Made by a program: the position numbers and the translations under genes. Below the pieces are notes generated by a model. The model was not told where the DNA came from. It did not search any database and saw nothing but the letters and a program-made list of their open reading frames with translations. DNA of 64,000 bases, taken from the NCBI GenBank assembly GCA_051294375.1, contig CM119263.1, positions 25,387,367 through 25,451,366 of the forward strand, in the 5' to 3' direction. Source of the stretch: Paraspadella gotoi (Eukaryota > Animalia > Chaetognatha). This document shows positions 28,975-40,082 of the stretch, piece by piece. Within the stretch, counting starts at the first letter, position 1; the number at the start of each line of letters is the position of its first letter.

Positions 28975-29018
28975 GACTGAAGATCTAAAGGTTCCTGGTT
29001 CGATCCCGGGTTTCACCG
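28975..29018 (+). pseudogene. tRNA-Phe 3'-half fragment
   Basis: gactgaagatctaaaggttcctggttcgatcccgggtttc gives the anticodon loop, variable loop and T arm of tRNA-Phe; there is no 5' acceptor strand or D arm. Confidence 0.7.
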
Positions 29019-29147
29019 AGTTTTCTTCAGACTTATAATAAATTATGAAGTTTAACTGTTTGATTTTATTTTTGTGTAACTGAGACTAAGTCTTAGTGTG
29101 ACAATTGTCAAAAAATTTATTATGAAGTTTTCAGAAAAAAACTATAA

Positions 29148-29220
29148 GCTGGAATAGCTCAGTTGGGAGAGCGTTAGACTGAAGATCTAAAGGTCCCTGG
29201 TTCAATCCCGGGTTCCAGCA
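29148..29220 (+). tRNA. trnF: tRNA-Phe (anticodon GAA)
   Basis: GCTGGAATAGCTCAGTTGGGAGAGCGTTAGACTGAAGATCTAAAGGTCCCTGGTTCAATCCCGGGTTCCAGCA, 73 nt. Perfect 7-bp acceptor stem GCTGGAA/TTCCAGC, A and B boxes, and a body matching the standard metazoan cytosolic tRNA-Phe. Confidence 0.96.
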
Positions 29221-29989
29221 GTAGGTGAAAAATTAAAACCGATATTTACAGGTTCGTTGCATAATGACTTATTGTCTATAATGAAATGAGAAATAACAAA
29301 GTATAAATCTGTCTTGTAGAAGAAACTTATTTGATGAAAGTTCTTTTAAAGGAATGTAGTAAAAAATATAGGTCTTCGAGTAACTACTATATATTTTTTT
29401 TTTTGCCAACTGTTTCTCTCCATCAAACGCGGTTTTAACTTTTTAAGGTTAACCGCACTCAGGCCTTCGACCGATGATCGAAAAGAGGGGGGGAAAAAAG
29501 AAGAACTCGAATTGCGTCGAATTTGTATATTCATTTACGAAGATGTCGCCAGTCAAGATGCTTTTTTGTTTTTTCACCGGATTCTTATTTTGTTGGCCAC
29601 TAGTCTCCGCCACGTGTCCGATCGTCGTTCTACGGAGGACGACGGCCAATCCCAACACCTTTGAGAACTTGCATCGCGCCGTGGAGAGGCAGGACGTCGA
29701 TGCCGTGAGTTAATTATGTTTTATTATTTTCTATCTTTTCAGTCTATATATATAACTAAAGAATACATTCGTAAGAAGAACACGAACATACGTATACATC
29801 GAAGGTTTTATTACGAACAGTATAGCATTAATTAGAGCAGTGATCCGTTTACAAATTTTTTTAAAAAACGTTTCAGATAAGAGCTGAATAACAATGAAAA
29901 TTAAATCGAATATAAACCAAAAAATTAATATAGACGGAAAACTGAATATTTTCTTTGGCTAATCTACTTGAGAGATACACTATGAATTA

Positions 29990-31028
29990 CTATCCTTGAA
30001 AAATATTGGGACAAATAGGGCAACCATTTTGATTGCAATTGCCGGTTCGTGCGATTTGACAAATGTAGTAATTGGCGCAAGTGGCGCAACATTGACGTGC
30101 GAAACGATACGCGATGGTGGTCAGAATTTCTGCAGAAAATGAAATTGAATTTATTGAAATACATTGAAATTGAAGTACAACATTCAGAAAAGTTGTCAAT
30201 TGAGTAAGACTTACGTTGGGGGATTTGTGTTGCTTGGCTGACTTGTTGCTGTTGTCCGGACAACACGAGGCTGCAGATCTGACCGCCGACGCCTCCGGTA
30301 GAGGCTGCTCCTCCACCGAGTAATCCGGCAAGACCGCCCGCTCCGGTTCCTCCGCCGAGGAGACCGCCGAGGTCACCTGGGAGACCCGCTGGGAGACCGG
30401 CCACGCCGCCCGCGCCGCCCGCTGGGCCTCCACCGCCTCCAAGTAAAGATCCCAGTCCGCCGCCAGCAGCGCCCGTACCACCGCCTCCACCACCACCCCC
30501 AAGCAATCCCCCAAGACCTCCAGCACCGCCAAGAAATCGTCCAATATCACCGACAGCGGCGGCTCCTCCTGCTCCACCGACACCCCCGTCAGCTCCCCCA
30601 GCACCCTCCAGGCCGCCGCCACGCTGGCCGAGAATGCCGCCCAAGCCATCAGTTACTGAAAAAGAACAAATGTGTGTGATATAAGTTTATTTGTACTTAA
30701 ATATAATAGACAAATTGTTCGGTGAGAAATCTAAAAATGTTCGTGGATTATGAAATATTGATATTATCATATTTAAAAAATATCATAATGAGCAATTGAG
30801 GAAAAGTTAATGAATATCCAAATTAACTAAAATTAAGGAAAATTCAATTGTTCAACAAATATTAAATCAAAGCATTAGCCAAAGGTTTTTTTATAATCAT
30901 TTAATTTTATGTCCAATTCCGAGGAAATTTGGCCTTTTTTGACGTTAAAATTCACCCGTGTGCCAAAGAAAAGCGTCCGCCGACGAGGAAAAGACGAATG
31001 TTAAAAATAAGCAAAACAGTTTCTCCAT
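29990..31028 (-). CDS. Secreted Gly-rich protein with C-terminal 8-Cys domain (217 aa, orphan); exons 31028-30956, 30655-30215, 30129-29990
   Basis: Three exons (73+441+140 nt) join through GT-AG phase-1 introns into an open frame: MEKLFCLFLTFVFSSSADAFLWHTVTDGLGGILGQRGGG...GGQICSLVLSGQQQQVSQATQIPQQILTTIAYRFARQCCATCANYYICQIARTGNCNQNGCPICPNIFQG*. Confidence 0.85.
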
Positions 31029-31080
31029 TTTCGATGTTTAGTCGTTATGTTCGTTTGAATTAACGTGCGAGTTTGGCTTC

Positions 31081-31090
31081 TTTATATAAA
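31081..31090 (-). promoter_or_regulatory. TATA box of the Gly/Cys-rich gene
   Basis: TATATAAA within the palindrome tttatataaa, ~55 nt upstream of the ATG at 31028; also present in copy A (~21244). Confidence 0.55.
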
Positions 31091-31255
31091 TTCAGCGTGG
31101 GTCGAGCGATCGAAATAATGTGAACAGAGACCAAGAGGGTTTTCAATTGTCGACGCCGAATCTTGAGACGCGAAATCGAGAAGAAACAAAGAAGATCGAA
31201 TCTGGCGTCGAACAGTTTCATGGGTCAAAAGTGAATAACCGGCTTCATGGATGAA

Positions 31256-33580
31256 TGACCCTCGATCACCGAGGGCTGGAGTCACTGGTCACTGGTCACT
31301 GGTCAAGGGCTGAAGAGAAACTAGAACGAGTCTCCTTGGGTCGATATCGATGGGAGCGGAGAGAGTCAACCCCAAAAAAATATCTGCGGGGGAAGAGAAT
31401 GGATTTGGTTGGAGACGAATTTAAATTGTAGCTGAAGGAAACTATAATCCCTAAGTCTGGTCTAGAGACAATTCTCCTTGTTTCTGTCCGTTAAATGAAA
31501 CAATTATTAAAATTCATTTATAAAATCAGTTTATTGGTCAAGGGAGAACGTAATTTTTCTAAAAGAGACTGTGAGAGAGTCTTGATTGAAAGCTTACAGG
31601 GACCTGCTATGTCATTATTTTGTAAGAGTGATGGAGGCCTTAAACCACCAAAGCCTGTCCAAAGTCAGGGCAAGATAGCTTATTTATTAAATGAATGGAT
31701 AATTTTTATATGGTTGTACCAATTTCATATTAAATAGGATTTAAAGGAAAAGCAATAATATAAAATGTGAGATTTAAAATTGATCTGAACTGTTATCCGC
31801 GAGCCAAAGGTTCGATTTCATTCAAAACAGTTCTTTTACAAGAGAGACAGAATTTTACATACTACATAAAAAACTAAAATTTTGTTCAATTTTCAGGTAT
31901 CTGAATTAACATTACTGTAACTTTTACTGTCGGAAAATATTTCTTGTCGTTTAACAAATAAAAAGAAATTCTACTCTCTACGACTTTACGCCTTCCCCTA
32001 TCTTTCTTTGGTTTTGCAGGTCGCAAAACTTTTGCGGGAGTGAATCCAAATGACAAAACATTCACGAATTCGCGGTTAGGACGCGCTACTCTCTGTTAGC
32101 GCCTCACGGAAAGGTAAACAAAAGAGCATGAAATGATTTTTTTTATCAATTATTATATTATAATATGAATGGATAATGGATAATATAATATGAATGGATA
32201 ATTTTTATATTGGTTGTACCAATTTCATAATATCAAAACTGCGAAGTACATTATTAAATTCGGTTTTTAAGAAAATATAATATATTTATAATTTCAAAAT
32301 CAAACCAGGCTACTCTGCGATAGTTCGACTTTTGCTGCTAAAAGGAGCTAATCCAAATATCAAAGATCCCAGTTCTGGATGGACGGTTTTACACTTCGCC
32401 GTCATAAGTAACTCAGTAAATTTGTATGAAAATACATTCAGTTGCATCTTGCATTCGTTATCACGAAACAAATGAGTTAATTAATCATCAATCATTCATT
32501 CAATCAGGCAATTCGTCATCGACGATCCAAACAGTGCTGGAGTTCGGTGCTGGGGTCGACGCGCGTACAAATTCAGACGGATACACGGCTTTGCACTTCG
32601 CCGGTGAAGATTCGGTCTTTTAATGTCAGGTTTTTTGTTTAATATTTCGGTGTTAAGTTAAGTTAAGTTTGTTTTCATAAGACCTTATGACCAATTTAAC
32701 CCTAGAATATTTTCTATTTTCATTATCCCTCAGTATATACATGTACGTTCTTCCGTCTAAAATGAATGAAGGTTTTTTTTGACATCGAACTAAATTATTT
32801 ATTATGTATTTATTAAATTATTATTTGTTTACTGAACCGAAATGTATTCTCGAATTCAATTTAGCTTCTACGGGGAACAACGATGCTATTGACGGAATAC
32901 TGAAGTACGGGGCCGTTTTGGAAGCAAGAACCAAAAAAGGTGCCGCATTATTTCTCTAACGGATTTTGTTTTGAGATTTAATAAACACATTAGAACTAAC
33001 TGTTCAATTCTAGCATACGTTGACGATTTTCTAAAAAAAAAACTTTTCTGTCTTTTTTCTGTTTTTCTTCTTTTAACAATTCTATGATTTTCCCTTGTAA
33101 GGAGAAACGCCGCTTCTTTCGGCTGCATGGGCTGGAATGGTCCATACTATGAAACACCTCGTGCTTAAGGTTAAAATTATAAAATTATCAGTTATCGCGC
33201 GACTCGTTTAATAAATTTACCCTATTGTTTTCAAACACAGGGTGCCAACAAAAACGCGATGGATAATCTTGGCTGTTCGCTCGTTTCCTTCGCAAGAAGA
33301 TCGCGAAATCAGGTAAGGCTGATGACCGATCGGAACGAGTAAAATAGAGGAAGGTTATACACTATACCATTTATTATAATAGGGAATTACAGATAAGCTG
33401 ATACATCCGTCGTAATCCGATATCTTCTGCTGTTTTTGCAGTTAGGATTCATGGCGACTAAATTATCAGATTTTTGCTATTCTTTTCAATTTCTTTTACT
33501 ATTTCTTTTTTAAGGCGGCCGTGGATTACGCCCTGGAAGTTAGAGGAGAGGCACCGATCGTTCTCAAGATTCCATCTTGA
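31256..33580 (+). CDS. Small ankyrin-repeat protein (~5 repeats); exons ~32020-32113, 32309-32407, 32508-32603, 32865-32939, 33102-33169, 33241-33312, 33515-33580; first exon (~31256-31408) tentative
   Basis: Spliced translation GYSAIVRLLLLKGANPNIKDPSSGWTVLHFAVISNSSSTIQTVLEFGAGVDARTNSDGYTALHFAASTGNNDAIDGILKYGAVLEARTKKGETPLLSAAWAGMVHTMKHLVLKGANKNAMDNLGCSLVSFARRSRNQAAVDYALEVRGEAPIVLKIPS*. GT-AG introns are phase-consistent from 32309 on; the upstream exons carry indels. Confidence 0.85.
31567..31729 (+). repeat. Interspersed ~160-180 bp repeat family, copy in putative ankyrin intron
   Basis: gactgtgagagagtcttgattgaaagcttacagggacctgctatgtcatt...gaatggataatttttatatggttgtaccaatttcata is near-identical to 43726-43882; a partial tail recurs at ~32191-32229. 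Confidence 0.85.
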
Positions 33581-36188
33581 TGTTGACATTGTAAAGTGAT
33601 TTGAGAGTAAACATTGTAGTAAACATTGCTACAATGACTTTAAAAGTGAAATTGGTTTCATCGCGATAATAATTACATAATAGTTTTGTGGTTAAATTTG
33701 GAACGTCTGCAGTTAAATATTATCGTATAAAGATTTTTTAGACAATAATAAAATCGGGCACGTGACCTAGTAGGTCTAGACAAAAACGTTTATTATGTTT
33801 TGGTTTTAAGTTTTTTTTTCAAGGTGAAACCATAAATATCAGCCGGACAACTAGTTTTGGTTTTCAGTGAGACGTAGTCAGGATTGATCTTCGTCGTCAG
33901 TTGTAAATGATCGTCAGCAAAAATGAATAATCTCGATTACTGCTTTCTGTGTAAACGATGAAATTTTTTTTTTAGATTCCCGAGCAAGATATAACCTTTA
34001 TAACTTTTTTACAATGCATCAACCTTTGGGGACACGAGAGCCGCAGCTCTTAACGAGTTATGAAGAGCACATCTACGTCTACTTAAAATAAAACAAAAAT
34101 TCGTGTGGTACAATTAATGAGAACTTTTCAATGACGATGACGGCGATGATGAGGACGACGACGGCGATGATGAGGACGACGACGACGACCGTGGCGACGA
34201 CAAAATAAAAATGACGACGAACACGTAATCGAAAAATCTTACGAAAGAATAGAAAACCGCGGGCCTTTCTGGTTTTGACTCTCTCTTTCTCTCTCTCCTA
34301 CTCTCTCTCTCTCTCTCTCAATCTCTCTCTCTCTCTGTCACGTGTAACTCTTTTCTATCGTCAACAGAAAAAAGTTTTCGTCAAGCGAGCGACGAAAGAA
34401 TCAATTTTTTTAGAACTGATTTTAGATTTTAGAACCAAATCAAGATTTTTTAAAAAATCTGGGAGTTGGACCTATCTGATCTCCTTTAAAATTTTACCAC
34501 ATTTTCAAAAATGAGTGACAAAATTTTGATAAAAACTCAGATTTCGATTCTCTGCATATCTGATCGCTTCTATTCTTGACTTTATGACTTTTTGCGCATT
34601 TCGTTTCGGATTTATTAAACCAGTATTCAATTTTTTAATATAAAACTTTAGTTTATTTTACTTTCTTTTTCATTGGTTTCAAATTTGAGATAGGAAAAGT
34701 TTTCCTTTGATTTCACGACGCAAAATAAAAACTTGTAAATAATTTTTTTTATTTGAACACCAAAATGTTGAATATAAATTGACATTTCATTTTCATGGTT
34801 TTGGTTTCGGTTTTTTTTTTCAACGTTTTTTTAATTAAATAGAGTTTTGTTATTTTTTATCATTATAAAAAGATAAGTGACAGTAAAATACGGAACTTCA
34901 TTTGACACAAGGAACATTGCACAAAACAGAATGAAAACTTTTGTCGTTTTTAACTCGTCCTCACTTTAGATTCACGGATAACTAATTATAAAATGACGGT
35001 CGTTTTAACTTCATCATTTTTTCCTCGCCTCGTACAATACTTGTAATAAAATTGATTCTTTACAATAATTTTAATAGCAGCAATGATAATAACAAGACGC
35101 GAACGTACCAAACTCAAAGAGAAAACCTTCATCAAAATCTTATCGACGTCATAAACTTGCGAGAACTGTGAAAGATCATCGGATCTGATCGCCGATTAAC
35201 GATTTGTGACTTTCGAGAATCCGTGATTCTCACAATTTGATCAACGAATTTTTCGGTGAATCAGTTATAATCAAATATTATTAAGAGACTATGACGACGA
35301 CGATTTTCCGTTGGTCGCTTCAAGGACATCAAAGCAATTAAAATCATTTACACGCCATCGTCACAAAAAGCTCTTTCAAGGTAACCGACGTAAATTTATT
35401 TTGTGACAAAATTATTGTGAACTTTTTTTTAGAATAAGTTTAATCGTTTTGTTTAAGTTGTGAATATAATATAAATCAGAAATACATATAAATAGCTCAT
35501 TGCGTGTTTGCTGCGAATCATCTTATCACATTGTCCAGAGTTTGTACCTTGCTTTAATTTAGTGACAATCGAAGTCAGTGAGAGCCTCTTGAATATCTAT
35601 TATTAAATCAGCCCTAAACCGGGTTTCTGATGTGGGGAAAGGGTTCGAGCGGGTAACCAGGATTTTTTTTTAAAAGATAAAATGAATAAAATAAAATAAA
35701 ACTATCAAGTTTTTTCAAAAGATTTGACAAAACTTCATTAAATCGTTCATTCAAATTTTTTTTTTTTTATTCTCGTCAAAAATTAAAATTGAAGAAAAAT
35801 CAATCAAAGAAACGTAAGACTCTCGACTCGACAAGTTTTTCAGCTGTTCACTTTCCCTCTCAGCAGCAGGTGTGTTAACCCTACCTTCATCAAGATTTCC
35901 TTCCTTTCTCTCTAATTAGCTGACCTAAATTACCTGATATACGTGTACGTATGATCGAATTTTATTAACTTGCATAACACATCATAACATAAAAAAAAAA
36001 CATCATCCCCATGATTCGGATCTTTCACTCCGGGCACGTCTTGATCAATCAGGCCCCCCTGGAGGTGAGCTACCTTCAAGCTCGACTCACGGAATTTTTC
36101 TTTTTTCGAAACCAGTGCCATCGAACGTCGCCTCTGCTTTGTCTCGAATCGTCTTGCAAGGTTTAACAAATTGAATAAACCCGAGGGC

Positions 36189-36240
<52 letters not shown>

Positions 36241-38334
36241 AAGAAGTAGATCCCCGCTCTACTTTTAATGTCTCTTCAGTTGCTTGGATCCTTCTTGCCG
36301 TCCAATGTCGGTCAGCTGTCCTCCCCGTATGTAACCAAAATAACCCGGATGATATGGTTTTCAATTAGTCGAATAAACTTAATTTTTTAGAACGAAAATA
36401 ATTAACAATTAGGGTTGTTATTCCGCGTAATTTATAAAACGTAGACCATTGCGGGTTCTTAAAACTTTTACTTAATTCCTTTTTTCTCAGTTTTTTTCAT
36501 AAATATAGGACAATTTTGCTACATATAGCCTGATGTCTGATCAGTCAAACTGTCTCCCTAAGTTCCTAAGTTCGATCGTTGAGGAAAATGTCCAGAAACT
36601 GATTTTTCTGGAGATAAAACAAAACTACAATCGGTTTTTCAACAAACGACAGTACATTTGTATCTCAACAACGTCGATCAGTTTTTTTCTGGTTAAAGAT
36701 TTTTAGGTTCATCCAGAACTCAACCAGAACTCTGTCCGTTCCTTTCCAAACAAACTTCTTGGCGATGAACCCAAAAACGTGCACTTGGAGTGGGAGTGGC
36801 GGCGAACTTCGAATTCAATCCACTAATTTACGGATCCAAGTTCCAAGGATCAGATTTGCTTAATCTTTCTGGATCTCTGTTGTTACTTTTATCATTTCGA
36901 TCGGAGCAAATAACTCGACCAGTATAAAGTTCACCTTTTTTTTATAAATGCTCGGTTCATGAAAAGAATAAAAAAAAAATTGGAGAAATAAAAAACGGAA
37001 ATTGTTTTGAGACGGTTGTAACTGTCAAGTTTTTTTTTTGTTGGTAGAAATAAAAACAAAGAGATTGGAGCCAGAACGGGAGCATGATATTAAAACGTGG
37101 CAAAAGTCTATCTTGAGCAGAATCGCTGGTCGGATAATTCTAGGGAATATGAGTTTTTATCATTAAAAATTAATTCAACTGCCCGTTAACTTTAAATTAA
37201 CTTTAATTTTTAAATTGCAACTTTTAAAAATTAGAATGGCTAAAGTTTGAATACACGTTCAGCTTTCAGCCCGTTTTCAAATCACTAAAAACCGGTTTTT
37301 CTGGCTTTCGAAATTGCCTCGAATTGCGTACATCTCTTCCGAAATGAATTTTTGAAGTTTAATGTAAGAAAAAAACAATAATCACAAATTTGGATTCGAC
37401 TCGTAACCGAGACAAAATTTGTTTAGGTAAAAATAAAATGATGACGTCATATGCAAATGTTGACGTCAGCGGTGGAAGCCTTAGAGGGTTCGGCTTTCGT
37501 CTGCGAAGTTCACGAGATTCGGGGGGAAAAAAACAGGATACGGAAGTAGGAAATGGGAGGCGACGTTTGGTCGACACTCGACAGAGGTCGTTTCCTCGTT
37601 TCTTTTTCATTCTTCTGGGATTGGGGGAATGTTTACCGGAAGACGGTTAAATTGGTTAATAACGGGAATTGATGTGGTTAATCTGTATCTCTTTAATGAA
37701 CATTTAACGAACATTCTCGAAATGGTTTTATGTATATGTGTGTAGATCTGCCAACAGTTTCCACGCAGCTTTTAACCGGATTCTGTCTGAACCTATTTTA
37801 ACCCCCTCAGAAAAAAAAAGTGACTCACTTTAAACAAACACTTTTTTTTTTGGTTAATAGAAAAACAAAAGTTAAAATCGGAGATTCGGTTCAAACTTAA
37901 ACAACTCATCGCCTTTGATCTTTTTCTTTTTGGATTTTTTCTTCCTTCTTCATCGTCGTCGTCGTCATCATCATCTTCCTTGCAATCCGAATTTTAGATA
38001 GCAATTTAAACTTAGCTGGAAAAGAAGTGGTTTTGATTAAAAAAAAAAAAATTTCGAATCCAATTCAAGAAGAAAAAGAGAAACTGCCGAGATCGAGTAA
38101 ATAACATAAGTGGACGCAACGATGCGCCTTTTAATATCTCGGGAGTCGTTTTGACAAAGAAACTTTACTGATTATTTGTGATATTGCCGGTGCAAGAGTC
38201 CTGAGTATTCATTACTTTTTATACTATGTTTTATACTATGTGCATAGCTGGGTAAGCTTTTTAAAGTCCCCCCTCTCGGTGACTTTGACGTGGGTTTCAC
38301 TTATCGTGGGTTTCGACTTATAGAAACGCCGAAC

Positions 38335-38490
38335 ATCGTCATTGTCGTCGCCGGCGCATCATCTCATCGTCATCGTCATCGTCATCATCATCATCCTCAT
38401 CGTCATCATCATCGTCATCATCATCATCATCGTCGTCAGCATCATCATCATCGTCATCATCATCATCATCATCATCCTCTTCGTCGTCAT
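38335..38490 (+). repeat. (CAT/CGT)n compound trinucleotide microsatellite
   Basis: catcatcgtcat... run that produces the spurious poly-His and poly-Asp ORFs. Confidence 0.9.
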
Positions 38491-39885
38491 CGAAAAAGCG
38501 AAAACCCAGCGCAAAACCCACCTCCGCCGTTGATTACGCAGAGAGTCGAGGATCGAAAAGAGTCAGACTTTTTTGACCCACATTTTCGAAAAATCCATGA
38601 CCTCTTCGTCCTCAGTCGGTCAGTCAGTCCGTCTCATTTGTCCTTCGACGTAAATCTTTCTTTCTTGTCTTCCGCAACGAAATCTCGTTCACTATTATTA
38701 TTTCTCCGTTTTTCTTTGTGGAACCTCAAACCAGAGGATCTGGAGATAGAAAAATTGCCGAACAGCTGATTGCGCTCTAGCCGCGGTCGCCTCTCTCATC
38801 TCTCTCGTCTCCTCTCCTCCTCTCTCTTCTCTCTCTCTCTCTCTCGCTCTCTCTCTCTCTCTGCTCATCTTCTCGCTCGCTTCGCTCTCTCTTCGCGATT
38901 CAGCTGAATCCAACTTCGACCCAGAATTACGTTGCTTTGTTCCGCGAAAATTTTACAACCTCCCTTTGTCTCATCCCAGGCTCGGGTTCGCAGTCGTCGT
39001 CGGCATCGTCGTGCGTCTTCATCGTCGTCATCGTCATCATCGATTTTTTCTTGGCGGAGGGAAAAAAAAAAATTGGGAAAATCCTCGATCAACTACTACA
39101 GTAATAATATGGAATCGTTTATAGTAAAACAATGAACATGAAAACCGAAATTTTAAAAGAAATGAAAACGTAATTTTGATTCTGCCAGCGCCAACAAATT
39201 GGGGAATCTTGCAAAACAAAAAAACCTGCTGAAAATGAACGTAGGTGTTATTTTAGCTTTTTTTCTTTCTAGTTATTTTAAAACGGAAAATAATAGTTGT
39301 TAAAAGTATTGGTTTTTTAATACTTTTATGCTTTTCAAGTTTATTTGGCTAATGTACAAAGGAATGAGGCGTTTAAATGCATATTACATAAATATATTCA
39401 CCTCGGTCCTCTTTTTGTTGACTAAAGAAGGAAAGGAAGGAAAGAAAAAGATGGACCAGAGCGATGAAGAATAACGGAAGGAGGGAAAAATTTGGGCTCA
39501 GATGTATTTTTGTCCAGTCATTAAAAATTTAAGTAACCACAAGAGGCCAGTCTCTAAAAGCTTAAATGCGCAGGCCATTATACTCAAAGTTTAATTTTTT
39601 TTTTGCTAATTTAACACCTTAATCATTCTTTGATAACTAAATTAATGTTGGACTACTTATTGGATTTAAATAATTTATCAAAATAAATAGAAGTACGAAA
39701 ATAAATCCTGGCTTTGTGTGTCAGCTTCAGTTCTATTCAAAGGCTCTTAGCCTCAATATCAGCGAGTTGTCTTTGTTTTTAAACTCTTCGAATTGATGCG
39801 ATAATCCTTTCTCTTCGTTATTTTTAATTTTAGAAGAAAGCAAAGTATTTTTTAAAATATTACAACGATTTTTATTAAGAGACGG

Positions 39886-39980
39886 ACATGTTGGCTTGTT
39901 GGCTTCAAGTCTTCATACACAAAAATTTTTAATGAATTTCAAATGCTGATGAAGGCTTAAAGCCAACAAGCCGAAACATG
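39886..39980. mobile_element. Inverted repeat carrying a degenerate minimal hammerhead-ribozyme core (Penelope-like element end)
   Basis: The right arm reads CTGATGA-aggcttaaagccaacaagcc-GAAAC-atg. The left arm, read on the minus strand, is atgaagacttgaagccaacaagccaacatgtc. Confidence 0.5.
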
Positions 39981-40082
39981 GAATGGAAAAAATGGCTTTG
40001 ATATTTAAATTTTAATATTTTTTTACATTAAACTAAATTAAGCTCCACATCTTACTATATTTTTTTATTTGTATCTTCGCAG

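Noticed and set aside
35088-35381. Exon-like block with acceptor and donor upstream of OATP
   Set aside because: Stops in all frames; may be a 5'-UTR exon but unsupported.
38290-38769. Poly-His ORF (metal-binding protein?) and antisense poly-Asp ORF
   Set aside because: Products of a (CAT/CGT)n microsatellite with no splice or homology support.
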